Shown in pieces: positions 14,098 to 29,810 of a stretch of DNA of 64,000 nucleotides (positions are counted from its first letter, which is position 1; every line of letters starts with the position of its first letter). The notes under the pieces are model-generated. The model was given only the letters and a program-made list of their open reading frames with translations, was not told where the DNA came from and searched no databases. Source of the stretch: the human T2T-CHM13v2.0 reference genome, Homo sapiens. Where the stretch lies: NCBI RefSeq assembly GCF_009914755.1, contig NC_060947.1; one strand, given 5' to 3'. Both the position numbers and the translations under genes were made by a program.

Positions 14098-14518
14098 TAG
14101 AAATCATTTTTATGCCCAATTTGAAAGCCTGTTTCCAAAGTCTTCCTAGGCCTTTTCTACTCACATGTACATTTTCTCTGCTTTTCTAAAACTCTTTTTA
14201 TTTGGTTGTCGATGCTCCTTTGTAAAAATTATTTGCTTTACTGATTTCCATTTCTATCTCTTTTGTTCCTCCTTCTAGTAGTACTTTTTAAAAACTTTAT
14301 CTTCCAAATCTTCTTTTGTGTCTCTCATTAATGCTGTTATATTTTTTCTTTTAAGTAGCTCTTTTTGTCTTCAGAATATTCCCGTGCTATTTTTGTTTTA
14401 TGGATGCAGCATCATATCATTCTAAAGACATTAGTAGTAGTTTTTTTGACAACTTAATTTTTTGAATAGTAATATAGAAAAAATGGCTCAAATAATTAAA
14501 GACATATAAAAAGCTATA

Positions 14519-14745
14519 CAGATTGAGTATCCCTAATCCAAAAATCCAAAATCCAAAATGCTTCAAAATCCAAAACTTTTTGAGCACTGACATGACATTC
14601 AAAGGAAATGCCCATTTGGATTTTGGATTTTCAGATTAGGGATGCCCAACCTAAGTATAATGCAGATATTCTAAAATCTGAAAAAAAAGTCCAAAATCCC
14701 AAATACTTCTAATCCCAAGCATTTCGGATAAGGGCTACTCAAGCT
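14519..14745 (+). mobile_element. Tigger4a-like MITE
   Basis: CAGATTGAGTATCCCTAATCCAAAAATCC ... TTCGGATAAGGGCTACTCAAGCT. Confidence 0.75.
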
Positions 14746-15269
14746 CCATGGTCTAAATTCTCTTACCCATCTTTCTCCTGTCTGCTCAGCTCTCTCTAAT
14801 ACATAAAACCAGGTTAGTTTTTCTCTGTATGATTAGGGTTTCTTTATGCAGATAACAGCAGCTGAGAACACATTCTTATTTTCTCCTTTTTATGTCACAG
14901 AAGGTAGCCAATTAAAGAAATTTTTATCAATTTTTGTTAATTTAAAATATTTCAGTGAAATATAATATGAATTATAAGCAATGCTGCTAGGAACATTCTT
15001 CATGTCTCCATGCACATGTGTATACCCTCTCTTAAATATATACAGGGGGGTGAAGTTAATGGGTCATAGTTATGTCTTAAAAACGTTTTTATTGTGAAAT
15101 GTAACATACATACAGAAAAGCATACAGAACAGACATGTATGGCCGAATGAGTTATCCTTCCATAGGCCTAGAAAGAGTCCATAGTTAGCATTCCACAATC
15201 CCTCTACTCCCAGAGCTAACTACTACCCTGACTTTTATGATAATCACTTCCTTTAAGAAGAAAATCACA

Positions 15270-15585
<316 letters not shown>

Positions 15586-15589
15586 ATCG

Positions 15590-16640
<1,051 letters not shown>

Positions 16641-16762
16641 ATAATAATAATCTTTTGAAAAGAAAAAAAGTACCCTCCAATTTTGACCCCAGTGGCCTAT
16701 ATATTCTTTCCCAAGGCAGCTACAGATAGTCTGTCCATACAAACACGTGCACTCATTCACAG

Positions 16763-16763
<1 letters not shown>

Positions 16764-16796
<33 letters not shown>
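16764..16796. repeat. (CA)n microsatellite
   Basis: About 16 perfect CA units. Confidence 0.95.
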
Positions 16797-16798
<2 letters not shown>

Positions 16799-19038
16799 CA
16801 ACACCCCTATATCCATTTTTAAACTGAAATATTAGCATACAAAATTTCCAGCACTTGCTTTTCTCCCTTAACAATAAAGCTTGGTGATTATTCAGTGTCA
16901 CTACATGTAATGAGTTACCTCATTCCTTTACAAGGCTACGTCTTATTCTATTATATGAATATATCAAAATATGCTAACCAGTTTTCTATTAATAGACATT
17001 TAAATGGTTTCTAATCTTTTGCAATTGTACACAACACTGCAATGAATATCCTTATACAAATCTTAGTTAACACAAGAGAGAGTATGTTTAGAGAGAAATT
17101 TCTCCAAGTAGAATTCCCAGGACAGATGATATATACATTTTTACTCTTTTTGTTTTGTTTTGTTTACACATTTTTATTCTTAATGGATATGGAAAAATTG
17201 CCTGCCTCGTGGGTTGTGTCAGTTGTATGAGTGTCTGTTTTCACCATACCCAAGCAACAAGTGTCTTGTCATATTCATTTTTTCTTTTTGGTCAGTCTGA
17301 TAGGTTACAACACAGTATCTCAGTATAGATTTAATTTACATTTCTCTTATGGCTGAGGTTGAATATATGTGACTGTGTTTAAAGAGCCATTTATATGATT
17401 TTTTTCTGAGACATTTTAAAATTCCCTTTTCCCATTTTTCTATTAGGGTGTTGCTATTTATGGAAGGATGTTACATGTGTCCCAGTTATTTTCCCCAACT
17501 TCCCATTTGTCTTTTAAATGAAAATGTTAGTGTTTTCTCTGTGCATTGTTTATGAATCTTTTCTGTTCTCCAAGTTTTGTATCAACTAGAAAAGCCTTCC
17601 TCATTGTTCCTCATTGCTCAGCTGTATTTGGGAAAAAAACCCTTACATTTTCTGTTTAATACTTAATTGTTTTTATTTTTTACTTTTACTGCTGCAACTA
17701 GCTGGATTCTTTTTGCTATTGTTGTAAAGCCTTAGCCAGAGATCTGTCTTAATTTTTCTTCAAGATGCCTACACATTTGTCCCAATACCATTTATTGAAT
17801 AATCTATATTTTCCCCACTAACATGCAATACTACATTAGCATATACAGGCATACCTTGGAGATATTGCGGGTTCGATTCCAGACCACTGCAATAAAGCGA
17901 GTATCTCAGTAAAGAGAGTCATACAAATTTTGTGGCTTCCCACATAAAAGTTATGTTTATAGTATGCTATAGTCTATTAAGTGTACAATAGCATTATGTC
18001 TAAAAACAGTGTATATACCTTAATTTAAAAATACTACTACAAAATGGTAACAATCACATGAGCCTTTGGTGGGTCATAATCTTTTTGCTGATGAAAGGTC
18101 TTGCCTTGATGCTGATGGCTGTTGACCGATCGGGGTGGTGGTTGCTGAACACTGGGGTGGCTATAGCAATTTTTAAAAATAAGACAACAATGAAGTTTGC
18201 CACATCAATGAACACTTTCCTTCCTGAAAGATTTCTCTGTAGTATACAACACTGTTTGATAGCATTTTACCCACAGTAGAAATCCTTTCAAAATTGGAGT
18301 CAATCGTCTCAAACCCTGCGCCTGCTTTCTTTCAGTTTATGTAATATTCTAAATCACTTGCTGTCATTTCCACACTGTCCACAGCATCTTCACTAGGAGT
18401 AGATTCTGTCTCAAGAAATCATGTTCTTGGCTTATCCATAAGAAAAAACTCCTCATCCGTTAAAGTTTTATCATGAGATGGCAGCAATTCAGTCACATCT
18501 TCAGGCTTCACTTCTAGTTCTCTCGCTATTTCCACCATCTCTGTAGCTATTTCCTCTAGTGGCGTCTTGAACCCCTGAAAGTCATCCATGAGGATTGGAA
18601 TCCAGTCTTTCCAGACTTCTGTTATTGCTGATATTTTAACCTCCTCCCATGAATCATGAGTGTTCTTAATGGCTTCTAGAATGATGAACCGTTTACAGGA
18701 GGTTTTCAATTTACTTTGCCCAGATTCATCCAAGGAATCACCATCTGTGGCAGCTATAGTCTTACAAAACGTATTTCTTAAATAAGACTTGAAAGTTGAA
18801 ATTACTCTTTGATCTATGGGCTCCAGAATCATGTTGTGTTAACAGGCATGAAAACAACATGAATCTCCTTGTATATCTCCATCAGAGCTCTTTGGTGACC
18901 AGGTGCATTGTCAGTGAGCAGTGATATTTTGTAAAAAATCTTTTTTTCTAGCAATAGGTGTCAACAGTGGTGTTAAAATATTCAGTAAACTATGCTGTAA
19001 ACAGATGTGCTGTCATCCAGGCTTTGTTGTTCCATAAT

Positions 19039-19338
19039 TCTTTTTTTTTTTTTTGAGATGGAGTCTCGCTCTGTTACCAGGCTGGAGTGCAGTGGTGCGA
19101 TCTCGGCTCACTGCAACCTCGCCTCTGCCTCCTGGGTTCAAGCGATTCTCCTGCCTCAGCCTCCCGAGTAGCTGGGACTACAGACACACGCCACCACGCC
19201 CAGCTAATTTTTGTATTTTTAGTAGAGACAGGGTTTCACCATGTTGGCCAGGATGGTCTCGATCTCTTAACCTCGTGATCTGCCTGCCTTGGCCCCCCAA
19301 AGTGCTGGGGTTACAGGCGTGAGCCACCGCGCCCGGCC
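19039..19338 (-). mobile_element. AluS (Sc-like)
   Basis: Full Alu inside Tigger1. Confidence 0.85.
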
Positions 19339-19401
19339 GATTTGGCATAATTCTTAAGGATCTTAGGATTTACAGAATGGTAAATGAGCATTGGCTTCAC
19401 C

Positions 19402-19707
19402 TTTTTTGTTGTTGTTTGTTTGTTTGAGACAGGGTCTCATTGTGTCAGTCAAGCTGGAGTGCAGTGACGTTATCATAGCTCACTGTAACCTTGAGGTCCT
19501 GGGCTCAAGCAATCCTACCTCAGCCTCCTGAGTAGCTGGGACTACAGGCATGTGCCACCATGCCTGGCTAATTTTTAAATTTTTTTTTTTAAGAGATGGG
19601 GTCTTGCTCTGTTGCCAGGACTGATCTCAAACTCCTGGCCTCGAGCAGTCCTCCCACCTTAGCCTCCCAAAGTGCTGGGATTACTGGTGTGAGCCACCAT
19701 GGCTGGC
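19402..19707 (-). mobile_element. AluJ
   Basis: Full diverged Alu inside Tigger1, flanked by TGGCTTCA repeats. Confidence 0.85.
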
Positions 19708-20672
19708 TGGCTTCAACTTAAAGTAACCAGCTGCATTAATCCCTAACAAGAGAGTCAGCCTGTCCTTTGAAGGTTTGAAGCCAGGCATTTACTTCAGGCA
19801 TTTACTTCTCTTCTCTAGCTATGAAAGTCCTAGCTGGCATGTTCTTCCAATATAAGGCTGTTTAATCTGCATTGAAAATCTGTTGTTTAGTGCAGCCATC
19901 TTCATCAATGATTTTAGCTAGATCTTCTGGATAACTTGCTGCATACAGCTTCTATGTTAGCACTTGAGCACTTGCTACTTCACCTTGTACTTTTATGTTA
20001 TGGAGATGGCTTCTTTCCTTAAGCCTCACGAACCAACCTCTGCTAGCTTCAAACTTTGCTTCAGCAGCTTCCTCACCTCTCTCAAGCTTCGCAGAATTGA
20101 AGAGAGTTCAGGTCTTGTGCTTTTGAGTAGGCTTTGGTTTAATTAAGGGAATGTTGTGGCTGGTTTGGTCTTCTTTCCAGACCACTCAAACTTTCTCCAT
20201 ATCAGCAATAAACCTGTTTCACTTTCTTATCTTTCATGTGTTCACTGGAGTAGGACTTTTAATTTCCTTTAAGAATTTTTCCTTTGCATTCACAACTTGT
20301 CTGACTGGTGCAAGAAGCCTAGCTTTTTAGCCTAGCTTGGCTTTCAACAGGCCTTCCTCAATAAGCTCAATCATGTCTAGCTTTTGATTTAAAGGGAGAG
20401 ACATGTGACTCTTCCTTTCACTTGAACACTTAGAGACCACTGAGGGTTATTAATTGGCCTAATTTCAATATTGTTGTGTCTCAGGGAATAGGGAGGCCCG
20501 AGGAGAGGGAGAGACAGGGAACGGGCCAGTAGGTGGAGCAGTCAGATCACACACAGCATTTATCAATTCAGTTCACCATCTTCTATGCGCATGGTTCGTG
20601 GTGCCCTGAGACAACGACAATAGTAACATCAAAGATCACTGATCACAGAGTACCATAACAGATATAATAATA

Positions 20673-21086
20673 GGCCGGGCGCGGCGGCTCACGCCTGTAA
20701 TCTCAGCACTTTGGGAGGCCAAGGTGGGCAGATCACGAGGTCAGGAGTTCGAGACCAGCCTGGCCAAGATGGTGAAACCCCGTCTCTACTAAAAATACAA
20801 AATATTAGCCGGGTGTGGTGGCAGGTGCCTATAATCCTAGCTACTCGGGAGGCTGAAGCAGAGAATTGCTTGAACCCGGGAGGCAGAGGTTGCAGTGAGC
20901 CGAGATCATGCCACTGCACTCCAGCATGGGCGACACAGTGAGACTCTGTCTCAAACTAAAAAAATATGTACCCTAAAACTTAAAGTATAATAAAAAAAAT
21001 TCTAACAATCAAAAAAATAAATAAATTAATTAATTAAATAAAAATAAAAAAAACCCCAAATCTTCCACCTTAAAAAAAAGAGAAGA
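20673..21086 (+). mobile_element. AluS with a tail containing a tiny L1PA 3' end
   Basis: TSD AACAGATATAATAATA at 20657-20672 and 21087-21102; L1 end ATGTACCCTAAAACTTAAAGTATAATAAAA at 20966. Confidence 0.85.
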
Positions 21087-21621
21087 AACAGATATAATAA
21101 TAATGAAAATGTTTACAATATTGTGAGGATTACCAAAATCTGACACAGAGACATGAAGTAAGCACATGCTGTTGTACAGATGGTCCCAATAGACTTGCTC
21201 TATCAGGGTTGCCACAAACCTGCAGTTTACGAGAAACACAATATCTCTGAAGTGCAGTAAAGTGCAATGAAACCATGTATGCCTATACATACATTCCAAG
21301 ATATAACTCTGAGTATATTGGGTATATTTCTGGACCTTATCCTGTTCCATTGAGCTAATAGTCATAATCTTTATTATTCTAATTCCTCTATATTTGTTAT
21401 TTCTTCTAATAGATGGTAGGGCTGTCTCTGATTACCCTTTTTTTCAGGAATTTACTGTTTTCTTGATTGTTTTCTTTTTTGTACACAATTTATAATTTAC
21501 TTACCAAATTTAAAAATAATTATATTGCCATTGTAAATAAACTTGCATTAAACTTATATCTAAGATAGGGCCATTTGCTTCTTTATGATAATTCAGATTT
21601 CCTACTAAAGAATTGAGTATG

Positions 21622-21926
21622 GGCTGGGTGTGGTGGCTTATGCCTGTAATACCAGCACTTAGAGAAGCCGAGGCAGGTGGATCACTTGAGGTCAGGAGTT
21701 TGAGACCAGCCTGGCCAACACAGTGAAACTCTGTGTCTACTAAAAATACAAAAATTAGCCAGGCGTGATGGTGCACGCCTGTAATCCCACCTACCCAGGA
21801 GGCTGAGGCACAAGAATCACTTGGATCCAGGAGGTGGAGGTTGCAGTGAGCCGAGATCACGCCACTGCACTCCAGCCTGGGTGACATAGTGAGACTTTGC
21901 CTCAAAAAAAAAAAAAAAAAAAAAAA
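21622..21926 (+). mobile_element. AluS
   Basis: Full Alu, TSD AAGAATTGAGTATG. Confidence 0.9.
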
Positions 21927-22513
21927 GAATTGAGTATGTTTGCTTTTTTCAAGTAATCTTTGCATTTCCCGTTAATGTGTTAACATTTTCTTCAAATATG
22001 TTTTGACATCAGTTTTTGTTTCTATTTTCTAAATGGAAAAAATGCAAATATATATGAATGTATATCATTATAAATTGAAACTAAAATTACAATTATTCCC
22101 ACAGAAGAGATAGTTGAAAGAAAGTAAGTGAAAGGAAAAGCAAAGAATCCTATGATTCTCTTACTCTTTTTCAGAAGAATATAGATATTGATAGACTTTG
22201 GGAGAGAAACATGCATAGAATTCTGGTCTTATGTTGGGATGAGTGATAAGACTAAATGTAGAATGAATAGTAATTTTCAAATGAGCATTAAGGGGGAAAA
22301 CACCAAAAATTTTATGTGCCAAGGAAATTAAAGGAAACCGAAAGAAATATTTAAATAGCAGAAATCCATCCTAGTGTTCCAATAATTACATATGGCTTAA
22401 AATCATTCATTAAAAGAAAAACATCGTCAGCAGATAGGAAAAAACAACTGAAAAATTCCCAAAGGTCCAGCATTATTTTATAAATGTGAGTTACATTTGA
22501 AATTAAAAGACCC

Positions 22514-22812
22514 AGCCGGGCGCGGTGGCTCATACCTGTAATCTCAGCACTTTGGGAGGCCGAGGCGGGTGGATCACCTGAGGTCAGGATTTCTAGACCA
22601 GCCTGGCCAACATGGCGAAACCCCATCTCTACTAAAAATAGAAAAATTAGATGGTGCTCACCTGTAATCCCAGCTACTCGGGAGGCTGAAGCAGGAGAAT
22701 TGCTTGAACCTGGGAGACAGAGGTTGGCAGAGGTTGCAGTGAGCTGAAATCATGCCACTGCACTGCAGCCTGCGTGATACAGCGAGACTCCTTCTCGAAA
22801 AAAGAAAAAAAT
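22514..22812 (+). mobile_element. AluS
   Basis: Full Alu, TSD AAATTAAAAGACCCA. Confidence 0.88.
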
Positions 22813-24659
22813 TAAAAGACCCAGAAAATATGAAAATGAAGGGACAGAAAATGATAGACTTGGCCAAAAAACACCAATAGAAGCCTGTGGCTGCAATTTT
22901 AAAACCTGAGCAGAGGGAATATAAGGTGAAAAACTTTGCAAGGTATGAAAGTAGATGGTTCTTCAAACTGTGAAATACCAAGAATTATAACATTTATCAA
23001 CACATATATAGCTAATGATATATCCTTAAACTATGTAAAATTTAAACTAGGTGAAATAGTTAATTGTACCACTAGCCACTTTAACCCAGCCTTTTTCAGA
23101 AACTAGATGATGAAGCAAAGAAAAAAAAATTTTAAAACTTTGCTGTAATATGGATCATCACACAGAGCATGAAAGCATGAAATTAAAAATAAAAAGTAAG
23201 CAGCTAGTGAAAAATAAATATTCCCTATGCACATTAAAATATTTTACATAAATATGTTTAAAGAGAAAGCATAAATCACCTTACAAAATACATACAAGTA
23301 AACATCAAGAGGCACATTTCAAGGTTTATGCAGTAAAGCTAAACTTACAGGTGGACGGAAAATTATAGATTTGAATGTCCATTTATTCCTTTCCTATACC
23401 CATGAACTTTCCTTCCTGTTAGAAATGATCTTTCCACTGAACCCTTTCCCCTCCCTTCCAGTTATCTCCTCTCTTTCCTATCACATCACTTTTCCCCTTC
23501 TATGCTGGGCCATTCTCACAAGCATGCAACATGCAGAAATATTTTCCATCTGAAAAAGTCTGCCCTTGACCCCTTATCCACTCCCAGCCAAGGCGTTTCA
23601 CCAGAGGAATAAGTAATTCCTGCAAGCTCACTGACAAAACCTGTGACTTGCAAAACAGTTTAATGTCTTCTCCTGTTAGGTGGGTTTTGGGCCAGGGACA
23701 CATTTCCTCAAACTGGGGCGAGGCTGGGGGTTACTCTCCTATAATCTCTGTGGTACACTTCTTTGCAGGTCTTGGGAATCTCAATTATGCCAACCCCTGA
23801 CCCTCAATTATTCCCCTTTTATTCTGTAAGCTGCCATTCTTACTACCAAGGGTCTCATACTTTTTACCTAATGTTGTGGTATAACAGCCTGCCAAAGAGA
23901 ACATCAGCACTTACAGATCAGCCTCACTCATGAATAGTGATGGAACTGTTATAAATGAAATATCATCAAGCAGAATCCATCAATTCCTTTAAAAGTCACT
24001 CATTCTGACCACGTGGTCCAATATTATAAAATCTATAATCCACCATATTAACATATCATCAGAGAAAAGCAATGTCACAAAATTTGAACATCCATTCTTG
24101 ATTTTAAAAAGTATCAAAGTCAAGCATCCCACACTTCCAGTTCCTTCCCCAAACTCACCCTAGGGATTGTCACTGAAGTAGTGAAGGCTGATTAAGAACA
24201 GCCAGAACTCTTCATTTGGGAATGAGTCCCTTATAAGTCATCTTCCTTTGTCTTGTCTTATACTTTTCCAGAATTCGTCTCTGGCTGATTAAGATGGAGA
24301 CCATGCCTCCTTTCTTTTGGGACTTCCTTATACACTGATGATGTTCAGAATCCTTTATTTTAGATTGAGTCTTTTATCTTTATAAAGTGTCTTCCTTTGT
24401 CTTGTTTCATTCTTTTGCCCTGGAATTCTACTCTGGTTGATATTAAGATGGAGGCCTTGCTTCCCTTCTTTTGGCTTTTTCTGATACACCTTTGCTTATC
24501 CTTTTACCATCATTCTGAATCTTTGTTCATTTTTCTATATAATATGTGAAAGATGTGTTTTATATTATACTTTCTAATTTTAATGTTTCTTTTTAATATG
24601 TTTCACTATATGCTCTATTTTGCTTTGTTTTTTGTTCTTTCTAATAATTTGAAAGGGTC

Positions 24660-24980
24660 GGCTGGGCGTGGTGGCTCACACCTGTAATCCCAGCACTTTG
24701 GGAGGCCGAGGCAGGCAGATCACCTGAGGTCGGGAGTTTGAGACCAGCCTGACCAACATGGTGAAACCCCGTCTCTACTAAAAATACAAAATTAGCCGGG
24801 CGTGGTGGCATATGCCTGTAATCCCAGCTACTTGGGAGGCTGAGGCAGGAGAGAATTGCTTGAACCCAGGAGGCAGAAGTTGCGGTGAGGCAAGATCGCA
24901 CTATTGCACTCCAGCCTGGGCAACAAGAGCCAAACTCCGTCTCAAAAAAAAAAAAAGAAAGAAAAGAAAGGAAAAGAAAG
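24660..24980 (+). mobile_element. AluS (Sq/Sp-like)
   Basis: Full Alu with A/GAAA tail. Confidence 0.88.
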
Positions 24981-25831
24981 GTTTAAATTCTTTTTTTGGT
25001 TCTTTAAGTGGTTACCTTTATAACATTAATTTTATAAATTATAATTAATATTCTAATTATTATAACACTATTAACTGTCCACCTTGAGTAGTGACAAGAT
25101 TTGTATATGTTATTTCAATAATTCTTTTATTAGTTTTCCTTCAGCCTTGTATTTGAAGGCTTATCAGTTCAACTTGCTTGGGTCAATTTTTAAGAACAAA
25201 TTATATACTGATTTTCCTCTCTTCCATATTTCTGTCATTTTTTCCCTATTCTATTTTGAAGTATTTGTTGATTTCCACTTCATTTTGTTTACTGGCCATA
25301 ATCCTTTCTTTGTTCCTACCTGTTTTGACAGGAACTGTTAAAGACATTCATATCTGTATTGATTTTTTGTTTTTTTAATCACTTCAAATGGTCATGTCAA
25401 TGTCTTTTCAAAGTTGATGACTTCAAATCAGAATCCAAATAAGGTCCACACATTTGTTCCTATGACTCTGTCAAGAACTGTGAACAGTCTGAGATTTTTA
25501 CCCTACTTGTGAGCTAATGTTAGCCTGCGACAGTGTCCTGGATGCTGGCAAAAGAGATATGAAACTCTGGGCTAGAGAAAAGGACTTTATTACTCATGGC
25601 AGTCGTGGTAGCTAGAGTCTTAACATTTGTGCCAGCTCCCCAAGTCCTGATTCCTACAGGGTGACGTGAAGAGAGCCAGGTGATGCACAGTGGGTCACTT
25701 AGGTATCCTGAGTCTTTTATACTGAGTAGTAAGCAAACTTGTCCTTTGCTCTGGAGGGAGACACAATATATATTTCCAAGGCTGTTTGCTCTGCAAACAT
25801 CCTCGAAAAGATGGCCTGGAACAAAAGGCAG

Positions 25832-27222
<1,391 letters not shown>

Positions 27223-27499
27223 GGCAATCAGTACCTGTCCTCACAAGATCTGCAGAAATGTGAGAGCCCCGTAGAGAACTGTCTCACATCTCCGCCTTGT
27301 TTCTACACTGTCTTTGATTCTGCACATGTTCCCATGAGTACACTACTCCACTGGTTACTTTAATTATTCTGTCAGAGGCTAGGGCCAAATCTGTGCAATT
27401 TGTCTCATGCAGCACTTAATTAAGGGTTGATCAGCAGTGCTCCAAGCAGCAGTCTGGCCAATACTGGGCCAATACCAGCAACACCGGGCCAATCCCCAG

Positions 27500-28000
27500 T
27501 ATTTTCCTCAACCGTAACCCTTAGGGTTCCAGGCCCAACCAGCTGAACAAATCCCATAAACCATTAAGGTCTGTCTCCCTGATAAAACCAGGTGTTTTTC
27601 TCCTTAACTTTCTGGCTTGACCTTTCTACTTGGCTTCAGGCCTAATCCAGGTAACATGATGTATTAATATTAGCAATCGCATAAATTCTATCTTGACCCC
27701 AAAGGGCAATTTCATTATCCATAACGACCTTGGACAGCAAGTTGAGGCTGACCAGAATGTTTCCAGGGCCAAGGTAGCATTATTAATCACCTCGGCTAAA
27801 ATCAGGGACAGATTTGCTACCACCTTTTCTAACTGGATGATTCCTATCATGGGAATAACTGCTTGCAGGGTACACATAAATAACAAGCCAGTTTATCCCT
27901 CTAGGAAGTTCCTCCTAGCAACAATGGGTAGCCTTGTTTTGGTGAGGTCTCAAGAGTCATTTGAGGGTTACGTGAACCGCTGGTAGTGATTCCTTACACA
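27500..28000 (-). pseudogene. Degenerate retroviral env TM remnant
   Basis: IPMIGIIQLEKVVANLSLILAEVINNATLAL followed (frameshifted) by VVMDNEIAL.GQ..IYAIAN, an ISD-like segment. Confidence 0.6.
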
Positions 28001-28040
28001 CTTGCAGGTCTCTAATGAGCCCCACTCAAGATGCAAATCA

Positions 28041-28405
<365 letters not shown>

Positions 28406-28532
28406 AAACTACAATCTCAGGGTGACCCTGGGAAGAAAGTGTTGTTTAAAACTGAGAGGGCTCCCTAAGTAGGAACCACAGCAGTCCAGGGACACAGGGT
28501 GAGAGTACCTCCAATGTGATCCCACAGCCCAC

Positions 28533-29810
28533 TGATAGTCTTTAATTATTTAAGATAAAATCCAAGCAGTGTAAGAAATTGAATGTATTCAGGCTACTGC
28601 AAAAGGAGAGTGCCTCAGATCTGGAGATCAGAGTGTCTGGGAGGGGTGGTTTTGAATCTTACTTTTATAGGTTTGAGTGGGGAGAGTTCCAGTGTGGAGG
28701 TGGGTTGTTGTTTTTGCATTCAGGGGAAGTCCTAGTCAGCTGAACAGGGAAATGTTTATCTTTGTGGCTAGCTAGTTTCAGGAAAACAAGCTTCCAATCT
28801 CAGTTAATCATTCATGAGACACAGAACAGGACGTTAGAGGGTCTGTCTCAGGTGTTTTGGCAGGTTCAGGCAAAAGGAGAGTGGTCTGTGTTTGGCTTTT
28901 TCACAGGTAAACCCGGGAGTCATGAGAAAGAGTGGACAGCAAGCCTTATCTAAGCCACGTGGGGGAGAGGGGTCTTTTGCAGACAGTGTTTCCAAAACAT
29001 GAAACGGGGAGGGTGGTTCTTAACTGTTGCTATTTTCAGAGTTCTGGTGGAATTCAACATTGTCAGACCCCTTCTTGTTCAAGGCAGCTATAAGGTTGTC
29101 CTTGAACAACTGTCTGGAAATGAGGCTACTGGGGATACCAGGTCTACACCATTGTCAGTCTAGATTTGATCTCCACATGTAACTTTGTTGGCTCAGATTT
29201 GGCCTCTGGGCACGAAGTCAGTTGGCAATGCATTTGTTGTCAGGTCTGCTGGATTGTGATATGTTGAATCATTTGTCGAGACTGGCTGCAGTGTGGCACT
29301 AAGACTCTGGGCAGGCTGTATCCCCAATTGCAAAGTGTAAGATTATACACAGGAGAAGGATTAGTAATCCCTGCCATCTACCTGAAAGCTAAGATCTTCT
29401 ACTTCCAAATTCTGGCCAGGAGAACTTGCCCCATAGGCCGTTCATGTGAACCTTAGAGAGGCAAGTAGCCTTTCCCTGGAGTTTAGTGATTGACTATTCT
29501 ACAAGGCCTGTGGTGTTCATCCAAGTAGAGCAAGAGGTGTTAGCTATGGTGCAGACACCTCCTTGACCAGCTGGGAGGAAGGCAAGAGCTACATGATTGT
29601 ACTAATTTGAGCCAGTGAGTTTCAACTTATTTGCTATGTTGTAGGGCAGAGGTAGTATCATATCATTTATTACTTCTGCAAGGGTTTTGGAGAGATTTGG
29701 AGCTACTTTTTCTAATTGCGTAATTCCTTGAGTGGGTAAAATGATCCTTATAGTGTGCATAAAGAGAAAATCACTGCCACCCAGAGGGTTACCAAACACT
29801 CTAGTCAGGG
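28533..29810 (-). mobile_element. 3' end of an ERV1 element: env TM remnant, PPT and MER89/MER90-like LTR (28533-29065)
   Basis: LTR begins TGACAATGTTGAATT on the minus strand after purine tract AAGAAGGGG; env peptide NHVALAFLPAGQGGVCTIANTSCSTWMNTTG (ISD plus CX6CC remnant). Confidence 0.65.

Larger units (their letters stand above)
17846..21285 (-). mobile_element. Essentially full-length Tigger1 (pogo-family DNA transposon), interrupted by three Alus
   Basis: TA-CAGGCATACCTTGG and CCATGTATGCCTA-TA termini; ORF 18419-18832 is a DDE transposase remnant (ILEPIDQRVISTFKSYLRNTF); ~2.4 kb after removing the Alus. Confidence 0.9.

Noticed and set aside
18419-18832. Active or domesticated Tigger transposase
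   Set aside because: Only a 137-aa open stretch; the element is interrupted by Alus and stops
21510-21965. Many 60-150-aa ORFs with [24 protein letters not shown] motifs (this is one example)
   Set aside because: Alu-derived spurious translations
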